DNA from: a virus
Length of the DNA stretch: 64,000 bases
Strand: one strand, 5' to 3'
Virus record (IMG/VR): IMGVR_UViG_3300005613_000006
Location: 1 to 64,000 of that record
Every line of letters starts with the position of its first letter. The first letter of the stretch is position 1. This document shows positions 37,876 through 47,500 of this stretch, in pieces. The position numbers and the translations under genes were made by a program. Below the pieces are notes generated by a model, which made no database searches, was not told the origin of the DNA, and was given only the letters and a program-made list of their open reading frames with translations.

Positions 37876-38457
37876 ATGAAAGTTTTCTACGACTCGGCTG
37901 ACAACAACCAAGTACAGGCGTTCTACACCTGTGACACAAACTCGACAGCATGGGCGGCATTTAATGAAATCACAGTTGACGACCCTACTCGTCAAGCAGA
38001 GATACTACAATATGGCCGCGATTGTCGTTTGACGATTGTGGACAGTGTGGTGACTGCGGTAGTGCCGTATGACCACCCAACTGACCACAGCCTAGACAAC
38101 CACAAAGCAACGAAGTGCGCGGCGATTGACGCCAAAAGCCAAGAGCTAATAGCTGCGGGTTTTGAGTACAGCGGCAAAACCTTCTCATTATCTGCGAATG
38201 CCCAAATGAAGGTGTTGGGTTTGCGCACTGCCGTACTGGCGGGAGCGTTAGTGGAACCTGACGGTTATCCTATCCCATACGCATGTATGGATGAAACAAC
38301 ATACATAATAGCCGCAGAAGCAGATGTGGTTGGGTTGTTCAACGCTGGATTTGTCCGAATGCAGACCGTCCTCGTTGGTGGCGCGACGCTGAAAGGCGCA
38401 TGTATGGCGGCTGCTGACCAAGCGGCTCTTGACGCAATCGTTGACACCAGAGAATAA
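37876..38457 (+). CDS. DUF4376-like fibre assembly protein
   Basis: GFEYSGKTFSL..AQ...AALDAI C-terminus. Confidence 0.6.
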   Translation: MKVFYDSADNNQVQAFYTCDTNSTAWAAFNEITVDDPTRQAEILQYGRDCRLTIVDSVVTAVVPYDHPTDHSLDNHKATKCAAIDAKSQELIAAGFEYSGKTFSLSANAQMKVLGLRTAVLAGALVEPDGYPIPYACMDETTYIIAAEADVVGLFNAGFVRMQTVLVGGATLKGACMAAADQAALDAIVDTRE

Positions 38458-38465
38458 GGTGAAAC

Positions 38466-39005
38466 ATGAGCGGCAAATTTCCAGCATGGGGCGACTTCGA
38501 CATTCCGACAGAACTCATTGACCTCCATGAGTGGGTGGCTGATGCGTTCATAGACGATGAGTTTGGGCACGACTGTAAGCTTATGTACCCACAGCAAGAC
38601 AGTCAGTGCCCCAACTGTATTCGTGACCCAAAGACCAAGCAATCAAGTGGCATCTACAACGGCACCGGACCACACCCGTTTGAGCCGCACACCGTATGCC
38701 CGTATTGTGGAGGCGCTGGACGAGAAGTCGATAATCCGACTGACCCGATTCGTCTTCGTATCTATTGGGACCGCAAAAGCTGGATTGACATTGGGGTGCA
38801 GTTTGACGTAGCAGACGGCGTAGCTATGACGATTGGCTACATGGTAGACCTTCCAAAAGTAGAGAAGGCAGAATACATAATTTTGGAGAAGCCCGTTGAA
38901 GGCATCCGGCGCTGGGCCGTTGAGAGAGAAGGCGAAGCCGTGCCTTGGGGCTTTCATCACGACCGATACTTCCTACAATATGTGAGGCGATTACGTGGCG
39001 GCTAA
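38466..39005 (+). CDS. head closure/stopper protein with zinc finger
   Basis: CPNC...CPYCGG; position. Confidence 0.55.
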   Translation: MSGKFPAWGDFDIPTELIDLHEWVADAFIDDEFGHDCKLMYPQQDSQCPNCIRDPKTKQSSGIYNGTGPHPFEPHTVCPYCGGAGREVDNPTDPIRLRIYWDRKSWIDIGVQFDVADGVAMTIGYMVDLPKVEKAEYIILEKPVEGIRRWAVEREGEAVPWGFHHDRYFLQYVRRLRGG

Positions 39006-39675
39006 TAGTATAGGGCTAGGGGTACAGTTGAAACTACGTACCCGACCAGCAACCCTACGCAGAGAGATAACGTCAGCCATAGCCAGACAGTTGAATAAGA
39101 GATGGACGCACAACACGGGTTTGCGTGGGGTGATTGATACTGGCGTGTCTAACATTTTGCTACAGGGAATGCAGCGGTCACCCGAATATGATGAATTGAT
39201 TTCAGAAAGCGGCAGACTTCGCCAGGAGTTGGGGTTACCATTTCCAAAAACAATGGTAGACCCCATTGTGCAGAAAGCTGCTGATACTGTACGGGTGGTT
39301 TTCATGCCCTTTCGCTCACAGGGAAGAAGGGTGGTGGGAACAGTGCGTGTAACGGCGCTTCCCAACAACTTTGAAGACCTATTGGTAGCAGAGCCCACCG
39401 GCTCTTATGTCACAGAAGATGGTAAGACTATTCAGTGGCTTGACTGGATGCTTCGGCTTGGCGACCGCATCATTGTGTTGGAACACCGGATTGAATATCG
39501 TCCTGGGCCATCCCGAACAGATTCCTACGTTATGGTTCCTGCTCCCGCGCATGGTTGGAAAGTTCCATCTGAGTATTCTGGCGTAGTTGGAAACAACTTC
39601 ATCACACGGTCGGCTGATGCTGTTGCTCCTCAAATAGGGGATTTCATTGGGCGCAAATTAAGAGGGGCATTGTAA
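38995..39675 (+). CDS. neck/tail completion protein
   Basis: position, basic N-terminus. Confidence 0.5.
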   Translation: MAANSIGLGVQLKLRTRPATLRREITSAIARQLNKRWTHNTGLRGVIDTGVSNILLQGMQRSPEYDELISESGRLRQELGLPFPKTMVDPIVQKAADTVRVVFMPFRSQGRRVVGTVRVTALPNNFEDLLVAEPTGSYVTEDGKTIQWLDWMLRLGDRIIVLEHRIEYRPGPSRTDSYVMVPAPAHGWKVPSEYSGVVGNNFITRSADAVAPQIGDFIGRKLRGAL

Positions 39676-40646
39676 TGGCACTGAGAGACTGGACACGATT
39701 CAAAGGCGTCACGGCACTTGACCGAGACTGGCTAAGTCAGAACGTCTTGTATGGTGTGATAGACTGGGCCAAATGGGCTCTGTTGAACGTCGGTGGTTAT
39801 CAGAATATCGGCCTTGGTCATCCAGGGTTTCTTGGGGGCGACGGAAGCGCCCTACGCTCCGTTACTGACCCCAACTTTACCAATGGTCAAGTCTGGGAAG
39901 GCTTTCGGTCAGATTGGGTTTGGGAGACAGGTATTGACTGGCCTGTTCAGCCCGTGGCAATTACTGGTGTTTGGGTCAACAACACTTTTTCCACTGACAC
40001 AGGAGCCTATCCTCACTACATTGATTATCCCCGTGGTAGGGTGGTGTTTAATAATCCGCTCGGCCCCACTGATTTTGTACATGCAGAGTTTTCCCACCGC
40101 ACGCTAAATGTAGTCAAGTCAGAGGAACATTGGTTTCAAGAGTTGATGTACGATTCATACAGGTATGACCGTGCAGATTATATGACCGCCGGTTCTGGCA
40201 ACTGGGACCAGTTGGCGCAGACACGCAGGCAAATGCCTGTAGTTGGCGTAGAACTAGTTAACCGCCGTGGTTACAAGGGTTATCAATTAGGTGGTGGTCA
40301 ATGGGTGTTCCAAGACATACTGTTTTACGTATGTGCAGAGAATAGCGATGACGCCCGACAATACGCTGACATATTTGCAAATCAAAATGACATGACAATC
40401 TGGATTCCCAATCGTGGTCTTATGAAAGAAGACGCGAGGTATCCGATTGACCTGGATTACCGTGGTGTTCCACTGGCAAATCCCATGCAGTTTCCACAAA
40501 TAGTGGCCCCCACTGGCCAAGGTGGATTCCAATGGCGAAAGGTCCAGTTTACCAACACTCACGAAGATGGCATGGAACCCGTAAATAACTGGTTGTATCG
40601 CCGTGTGGTTCGCTCCTCGTTGGAGATAATCATGGAAAACATCTAA
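39675..40646 (+). CDS. tail terminator-like protein
   Basis: immediately upstream of the tail tube. Confidence 0.5.
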   Translation: MALRDWTRFKGVTALDRDWLSQNVLYGVIDWAKWALLNVGGYQNIGLGHPGFLGGDGSALRSVTDPNFTNGQVWEGFRSDWVWETGIDWPVQPVAITGVWVNNTFSTDTGAYPHYIDYPRGRVVFNNPLGPTDFVHAEFSHRTLNVVKSEEHWFQELMYDSYRYDRADYMTAGSGNWDQLAQTRRQMPVVGVELVNRRGYKGYQLGGGQWVFQDILFYVCAENSDDARQYADIFANQNDMTIWIPNRGLMKEDARYPIDLDYRGVPLANPMQFPQIVAPTGQGGFQWRKVQFTNTHEDGMEPVNNWLYRRVVRSSLEIIMENI

Positions 40647-40705
40647 ATGGTGTATAATAGAGTAGCCTAGCTTCCGTATAAGATAGTTAACAAGGAGATA
40701 GAAAA

Positions 40706-41824
40706 GTGGCTAATAACCGAATTTTCTACGCCTGCCAAAAAGCCGGAATCGCTCCTGCCGCGTCGTATGCGTTTCAGACTATCCGAGGTCTCCAAACCTT
40801 GGGTATCACAACGACATTCAACCTAGAGCAAGTGTTCGAGATTGGTCAACTGGCAATCTATGAAAATATCGAGGGTATTCCCGACGTGGAAGTTACCACC
40901 GAGAAAGTCATGGATGGGTACTCTCCTGTATACTGTCAAGCAACGCAGGGTTCTCCTGACTCTACGTTGGTTGGTCGCTCAAATTCTATCTGCAACCTTG
41001 GTGTTGCTATCTACGCTGACACAGCACAGTCTGCCTATGGCGCTCCTCTACAGGAAGTCCACATGTCGGGTATGTATGTGTCGAGCATTGGATACAACGT
41101 CACAGTTGATGGAAACGCTACTGAAAGTGTAACCCTCGTTGGTAACAACAAAGTGTGGGTTGGTGTCGCAGGCGAAAGCAACGGCACATTCACTGAAGTG
41201 GTTAATCCTGCTGGTGGTAGCATTCAGAATAACAATGACCAGCCAATGGCAATCAGCGGCTCTGGCGGTGTAAACCGTCGAGAGGACGTATTGTTTGGTT
41301 CAGACCTAGTTCGCCATACCATCTTGCCGCCTGAAATTCCAGGCATCATTGACAAGGGGTTGGGAAGTGGTACGAACGAGTTGGACGGCGACGGTCACTA
41401 CGGTGCCCACGTTCAATCCATAAACATTACCGCTGACCTTGGCCGTGAAGAGTTGTTTGAACTTGGTCGAAAGGGTACGTATCACCGATTCGTAACCTTC
41501 CCAGTTGAAGTTACAAGCGAAATCACCCTGATTGGTATTTCTGGTGACATGATTAGTGCCACTGAAGAAGGAATTTACCAAGTATCTGGTAGTGGTGCCG
41601 TTTGTGGTCGATACAACTTGGAAGACCAAGTAGTTATTCTGCGCTTGTGCGAAGGTCTACAGGTAGACTGCGGCAATAAGAACAAGCTGTCAACGGTCGG
41701 CGTGACAGGTGGAGATGCTGGTGGTGGAAACGTAGAAATTACGTACACCTACACGACATTCAACGACATGGATGTTCAGCACCCTCAAGACCCAGACGCA
41801 ACTACACGTCGAGTCATGCCGTAA
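40706..41824 (+). CDS. major tail tube protein
   Basis: Own late motif, strong RBS, terminator after; internal duplication (EQVFEIGQ / EELFELGR). Confidence 0.75.
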   Translation: MANNRIFYACQKAGIAPAASYAFQTIRGLQTLGITTTFNLEQVFEIGQLAIYENIEGIPDVEVTTEKVMDGYSPVYCQATQGSPDSTLVGRSNSICNLGVAIYADTAQSAYGAPLQEVHMSGMYVSSIGYNVTVDGNATESVTLVGNNKVWVGVAGESNGTFTEVVNPAGGSIQNNNDQPMAISGSGGVNRREDVLFGSDLVRHTILPPEIPGIIDKGLGSGTNELDGDGHYGAHVQSINITADLGREELFELGRKGTYHRFVTFPVEVTSEITLIGISGDMISATEEGIYQVSGSGAVCGRYNLEDQVVILRLCEGLQVDCGNKNKLSTVGVTGGDAGGGNVEITYTYTTFNDMDVQHPQDPDATTRRVMP

Positions 41825-41835
41825 ATGCGGAAATA

Positions 41836-41872
41836 GGACGTAGGGGTTTCGCGGCCCCTGCGTCCATTTTTT
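41836..41872 (+). terminator. intrinsic terminator
   Basis: GGACGTAGGGG/CCCCTGCGTCC plus T6. Confidence 0.85.
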
Positions 41873-41887
41873 CACTGGTATTAGGAA

Positions 41888-42229
41888 TTGAACAAGGAAC
41901 TAACGATGAATGAACAGGAACAATCCCTACCCCCTGGACTCAAAGTCCCTCTTGATACGGTCGATGCTGACCAACTGCCTCGTAGTGAACCTCTCAACTA
42001 CGAACTCGTATGCTATCTCGTAGGAGATATGTATATCGAGAACGTCCTGGCCCGTCGTGCCCAGCGTGAACAATTTGAGGCAGTAACTACCCAACTAAGA
42101 GAACTGGCTGATGGTCTAAAGGTAGAGAACGATATGTTAAAGAAAGAGTTGGCCAAGCATGAAGGAATACGAGAAAGAACTCCACCTAGCCAGGATTCTG
42201 TCGGGCCGCGTGAAGGCCACGGTGGGTAA
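41888..42229 (+). CDS. hypothetical coiled-coil protein
   Basis: AAGGA RBS (start probably about 41906). Confidence 0.6.
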   Translation: MNKELTMNEQEQSLPPGLKVPLDTVDADQLPRSEPLNYELVCYLVGDMYIENVLARRAQREQFEAVTTQLRELADGLKVENDMLKKELAKHEGIRERTPPSQDSVGPREGHGG

Positions 42230-43205
42230 AGAGGTTTTCTACGTTGCTCAAGCTACTCCAATACAACGAGCCGAAGCGCATGAAATATACATGGAGATGA
42301 TGCAGAAGACGCGCTTCGATGATATGCTGACCGATGAAGCAATGTGTCAGCAGTTGATGGACAGCGACCTGTGGACAGAGAAGCAACAAAAGGCCCTCGA
42401 TGATGGACCCAAGGTTCTTGAACAACTCAAGGTACAACTGTATCAGGCTCACCGAAAATTTCAAAGTAAACATGTGCGGCTGATACGCAAGCAATTAGAT
42501 AAGACCCGAAAGGGACTTAACAAGCTGCACAACATGCGCCACACAAAGGACGTTATGACTTGTGAGGGCTTAGCCGAGATTGCCAAAGTGGAACACTTGG
42601 TATACAGTGGGGCCAAGAATGTTTCAGACAATCCACGCTTGTTAGATGACAGCGACACACTAAAGAAGGTAACAGCACAATTCCTGCAAGCGCGCGTGCC
42701 GGAAAGAATACTTCGTGAGATAGCGCGTACTGAACCCTGGCGCGGGTTATGGAGTGTGAGTAAAGCAGAGGGCAGTCTGCTAGGTATCCCTGCGGTAATG
42801 GTAACAGAGGACCAGAAAGCGTTAGTGGTTTGGTCACGTATTTATGACAGTGTGTACGAAAGTATGGATTGTCCCGGCGAGCCTATTATCAGAGATAATG
42901 ACTTGTTGGATGGCTGGTTAACGGTACAGCATCGCAAACGTGAGGCTGAACGTAAGAAGAGAGAGGGCGACGAACACGCCAGTAAGGTCAAGAACGCCCA
43001 AGAAGTCTTTATCCCCGTACAGAGCGCTGAAGATGCGCGACGGGTTGAGGCTTTGAATGACCAAAGAGCGAAGCTGTTGAAAGCACAGCGCTCAAAGGCG
43101 TTAGAAAAGAGGGGCACAATTCGCGAGCAAGATATGCCAGACTCACAACTCAAGTTGCGGGCACAGGCTATGGCAGAAGCGAGAGCAGCCGCTAAGAAAA
43201 AGTAA
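42159..43205 (+). CDS. tail assembly chaperone-like protein
   Basis: between tube and TMP; helical. Confidence 0.5.
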   Translation: MKEYEKELHLARILSGRVKATVGKEVFYVAQATPIQRAEAHEIYMEMMQKTRFDDMLTDEAMCQQLMDSDLWTEKQQKALDDGPKVLEQLKVQLYQAHRKFQSKHVRLIRKQLDKTRKGLNKLHNMRHTKDVMTCEGLAEIAKVEHLVYSGAKNVSDNPRLLDDSDTLKKVTAQFLQARVPERILREIARTEPWRGLWSVSKAEGSLLGIPAVMVTEDQKALVVWSRIYDSVYESMDCPGEPIIRDNDLLDGWLTVQHRKREAERKKREGDEHASKVKNAQEVFIPVQSAEDARRVEALNDQRAKLLKAQRSKALEKRGTIREQDMPDSQLKLRAQAMAEARAAAKKK

Positions 43206-43215
43206 GGAGTGAATT

Positions 43216-43617
43216 ATGGAAGAAGGACAGAAGAGACCTTTATCGCACACTCAGCTTAAAGAGTTGAGCGCCAAGGCGAAAGAGGCGAACCGACAGAAAT
43301 ATCTGGAGCAGTCGCGCAAACGCCTTGACAAAATCATGTGTACAAAGATTCGTACATCATTCATCGGGTCTTTGGATGCATTTGAACAGGTGTTTGGTTT
43401 TCTTTGGGGTCATGGCAAGAAAGAAGAAGACAAAACCGAAGAAGAGAAGCAAATGTTCCAGTTGTGGGCACAGGCCCGTACTGAGGTTCTGAACAATGGT
43501 AACAACCAGTTGAGAGGGGCCAGAAATGAAATCGCAAACCATACCGTAAGTTGGAATCGGTATCACTTGGATTTGCCCGTTAAACCTAGAGAAGAGGAGA
43601 ACGACGATGGCGAGTAA
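43216..43617 (+). CDS. hypothetical protein
   Basis: AGGAG RBS. Confidence 0.65.
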   Translation: MEEGQKRPLSHTQLKELSAKAKEANRQKYLEQSRKRLDKIMCTKIRTSFIGSLDAFEQVFGFLWGHGKKEEDKTEEEKQMFQLWAQARTEVLNNGNNQLRGARNEIANHTVSWNRYHLDLPVKPREEENDDGE

Positions 43618-44461
43618 TAAGGATGTTTTTAAGGCTGTTATCGAAGGAAAGCAGCGAGAGTTGGCAATCAAGAGACCCGACCGAAAAATAGGCACACAGG
43701 CCCAGGTCGAGTACAACAAGGCGTTTAGTGCCGCCGTGAAGTCTGGAGCTTTGTTCCGCGAGAAGCTAGAACAAGAGGCTCGGGCACAAGGAGTTTGGAG
43801 CGACGACCAGGAAAAGAAGTATCAGGAGTTGATAAAGAAGGTCAACGAGACTGATATGCGCATCAAAAAGGGTGGTTTCCCGCTGAGTGAAGCGCGCGAC
43901 CTTGCTATTGATATGCGTAAGCTGCGGGGCGACATGAGAGAAATGCTCTCTGGTCGAACACAGCTTGATGTCAACAGTGCCGAGGGACAGGCAGAAAATG
44001 CCCGCTTCAACGCGCTTGTAGCCCTATGTTTGGTGTATAATGATACAGGCAAGCCTGTCTTTGCAACGCTAGACGACTACTTATCACACAGCACCGAAGA
44101 TTATGCCTTTGAGGCTGCATCGCGACTTGGTGCTATGATGTACGGTCTTGATAGTGACTATGAAGCCAATCTGCCAGAGAATAAGTTCCTGGCTGAATGG
44201 AACTTTGTTGATGATAAGTTGCGACTTATCGACAAAAATGGTCACTTGGTCGCCGTTAGCGGCAAACTGATTGATGAAGAGGGACGCTACATTGACGAGC
44301 AAGGCAACTTTGTTGATGTTGATGGAAACCCAATGGATGAAGAGGGTGAATATCAAATAGAACAACAGCCATTCCTCGATGATGATGGCAACCCGATTGT
44401 CAAGGACAAGCCTGCCGAAGAAGAGAAACCAGAGGATGAGGGGCAACCCGAGTCCAAATAA
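43607..44461 (+). CDS. tail assembly chaperone-like protein with DxxGxx repeats
   Basis: directly before TMP; IDKNGH/IDEEGR/IDEQGN/VDVDGN/MDEEGE repeats. Confidence 0.55.
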   Translation: MASNKDVFKAVIEGKQRELAIKRPDRKIGTQAQVEYNKAFSAAVKSGALFREKLEQEARAQGVWSDDQEKKYQELIKKVNETDMRIKKGGFPLSEARDLAIDMRKLRGDMREMLSGRTQLDVNSAEGQAENARFNALVALCLVYNDTGKPVFATLDDYLSHSTEDYAFEAASRLGAMMYGLDSDYEANLPENKFLAEWNFVDDKLRLIDKNGHLVAVSGKLIDEEGRYIDEQGNFVDVDGNPMDEEGEYQIEQQPFLDDDGNPIVKDKPAEEEKPEDEGQPESK

Positions 44462-44565
44462 TAGCGGATAGAGGCTACACTGTCGGTTAGTGCAACGTGC
44501 GAACGGTTTGACCGTTCCGTTACCTTACTGATAGTCTAGCCTCTTTTTCTATAGGCAGGCAGAGA

Positions 44566-47500
44566 ATGGCACAGCAATTCAACATAGTGGCCCAGCTTTC
44601 GTTGCGCGGCCCCACCAATCTAGCACAAGTCCAACGTCGAATCCAAGCCGGTCTTCGCAACATTCGAGCCGATGTTCAGGTTAACATTGGTCGCGGTGCG
44701 CAAAGAGGTCTGCAACGTACCAATCGACAACTGCGCGATGTAGCCAACACACTGGCCTTGGTAACAGGTAATGCCCAGGCGGCTGCCGCAGCATTGACAA
44801 ACGTGGGGGCCGCGTATGGAGCCGCTGCTGGTGGAGGGGCCGCTGCTGCCCGTGGGGCATCACAGACCGCTGGTGCTATGAGCAACGTAGCCGGAGCTGC
44901 TGGCGCTGCAACATCTTCAATGCAAGAGTTCGGTCGCATCAGTGCTTTGGCTGTGCGTCGATTCCTCGCCTTCTCTATTCCCGCTGGTATCGTTGTCGGG
45001 CTCATCGTAAACATTCGACAAGGGGTCAAGGCCGCTATTGACTTTGAGCGCCAGTTGATTAAGGTTGCCCAGGTAACAGGCAAGACTACAGGCTCGCTGG
45101 CAGATTTGACTGGTGAAGTCACCCGTCTAGCCACAACCTTTGGTGTGGCCTCTGCTGACCTGTTGAATGTGTCTCGTATCTTGGCTCAAACAGGCTTGTC
45201 TGCCAAGGACACCGAGATTGCCCTGCAAGCCTTGGCCAAGTCCGACCTCGCTCCTACATTCGATAGCATCGAACAAACCGCTGAAGGTGCCATCGCTGCT
45301 ATGCGTCAGTTCGGCATCGAGGCCAAAGACTTAGAAGCCGCTCTTGGTTCTATCAACGCTGTTGCTGGTCAGTTCGCTGTAGAATCCGGCGACATCACAA
45401 GCGCTCTGCGTCGTACTGGTGGTGCGTTCCAGGCGGCTGGCGGTGAAATCAACGAGTTGATTGCCCTGTTCACATCTGTACGTGCTACCACTCGTGAATC
45501 TGCTGACAGTATCGCCACTGGTTTCCGTACTATCTTCACTCGTATCCAACGACCACGAACCATCGAGTTCTTGAGAGACTTGGGCATTGAGCTACAGGAC
45601 TTGCAAGGACGATTCGTCGGCCCGTTTGAAACGGTGCGCCGCTTGAACTTGGCCCTTCGCGAACTTGACCCGCGAGACGTTCGCTACTCACAAATCATTG
45701 AGCAGTTGGGTGGCTTCCGTCAGGTATCCAAGGTTATTCCATTGATTCAACAGTTCGACACAGCGCAACAGGCGTTGGCTGTAGCTATCGGTGGAACTAA
45801 CTCATTGACCGAAGACGCAGCCACAGCCCAACAGGCATTGGCAGTACAAGCAGCCAAGGTTGGCGAGCAGTTTCAGGCATTGTTCCGTCGTATCACGGGT
45901 AGCTCCACATTCCAAGTAATCGCTCGTTCAGCCTTGCAGTTGGCTAGCGGTTTCTCCAAAGTCCTAGAGACCCTTGAACCACTGTTGCCACTGTTGACTT
46001 CTCTTGTCGGTTTGAAGTTGGCTCAAGTTGGCACACAATTCGGTCTGGGATTTATCGGCGGTCTCCGCAACGTAGGGACGGCTGCTGCGGGAGTAGCGGC
46101 TGCTGGCCCAGGCACACAACAGGCAGCTACGCAACAACAGCGTCAGTCCACCGTGACTACCGCCAACACCACAGCTATCAGCAGCAACACAACCATTCTA
46201 ACAACTCTGAACACCACGCTCACTACGTTGACAACAGCCGTCAACAATCTTACCCAGCGCATCGGCGGCCTGGGGGGTGGTGGTGTGCGGCGTCCAGCCC
46301 GTGGCGGTCGTATTCACAAGTTCGCTCGCGGCGGTTTAGTTCCTGGCGTTGGCAATGGCGATACCGTCTCAGCACAACTAGAGCCGGGTGAGTTTGTTAT
46401 TCGGAAGAAGGCTGTTGAGAGTATTGGCGCTGACCAACTTGCTGGTATGAACCGCAAGGCTGCCGGTGGCCGTATTTCGATTGAGGGCAAGCCCGGCACC
46501 GATTATGCTGGCTTCTTCTTTAGACCTGTTGGTAAAAGAGACTTGAAAGAACGAGCTAGATACAATAGGACGTTTGCCAATGCTCCACGGGTGGCCGACA
46601 TAGCTAATCAAAAGATGCTTGAACTTGGATTCTCTGGGTTGAAAGCAGTTCAACCTGGGGGTGTAATTCCAGTGACCGGAGGTCCAGGTAAGCGCAAAGG
46701 CCCCATAGATTTCAAGGCTCTGGGTGTGACCAAAAAGGGAATGTTCCAACAACTAAAGGCTAGGGGTGCTATTTCACCAAAACAAGCTGAGAGTTCTTGG
46801 GTTCCTACGGCAGCAAACTTTGAAGGTAAAACTGTCAACAAGCAATTCTTTGCATCTGTTAAAGCGGAGGGTGGTGCTGTTGTACGTGGAACAGGCACAG
46901 GCACATCGCGTGTGACGACGGCTGACGTTGGAAGTGCTGAAAAAATTGGCAGACCAGTTGGCATGGGTATTAGCGTAGGGGTTAGAAGCAGATTCAAGAA
47001 AGTCAGTGACGCTTATCTTGTTCGTTTCCTACAGGGATTTACAACTGGAAGAAAGCCAGCCATGCCCAAACCTTTGGGAGGCGGCGCATTGAGCGTGGGT
47101 AAAGCAACGGAGATTATGAACAAGATTGGAGTGGAATCACTACAAGGTGGAATGTTTGAGGGTATGATTGATGCTGTGGCTGGAGGCGTGCAAGCTGGAA
47201 CCGGCAAGGGGGGCTTCTTTGACCATGTAGTGCCCAACATGAAAAACAAAAGAGCGGTCGATAGTTTGTTCAGCGATGACAAGACCATTGACCGTATCAA
47301 GTATGCCGACGCCAAGAGAACAAGAACAAACCAACAAATCTCTAGTCTGGTGAAAAAGGCTGTAAACACCTTTCCAACCGACCGTAATTCTTTCAATGTA
47401 TTGTATGATTTACCCAAAAGGATTACCGACAAGAACAAGGGCAAGCCCAAAAGAATTGAATTAGCTAAAGGTGGCCCAACCACAGACACCGTTCCAGCTA

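Noticed and set aside
42159-42229. Programmed frameshift between tail chaperone ORFs
   Set aside because: The ORFs overlap by 71 bp but I found no clear XXXYYYZ slippery heptamer.
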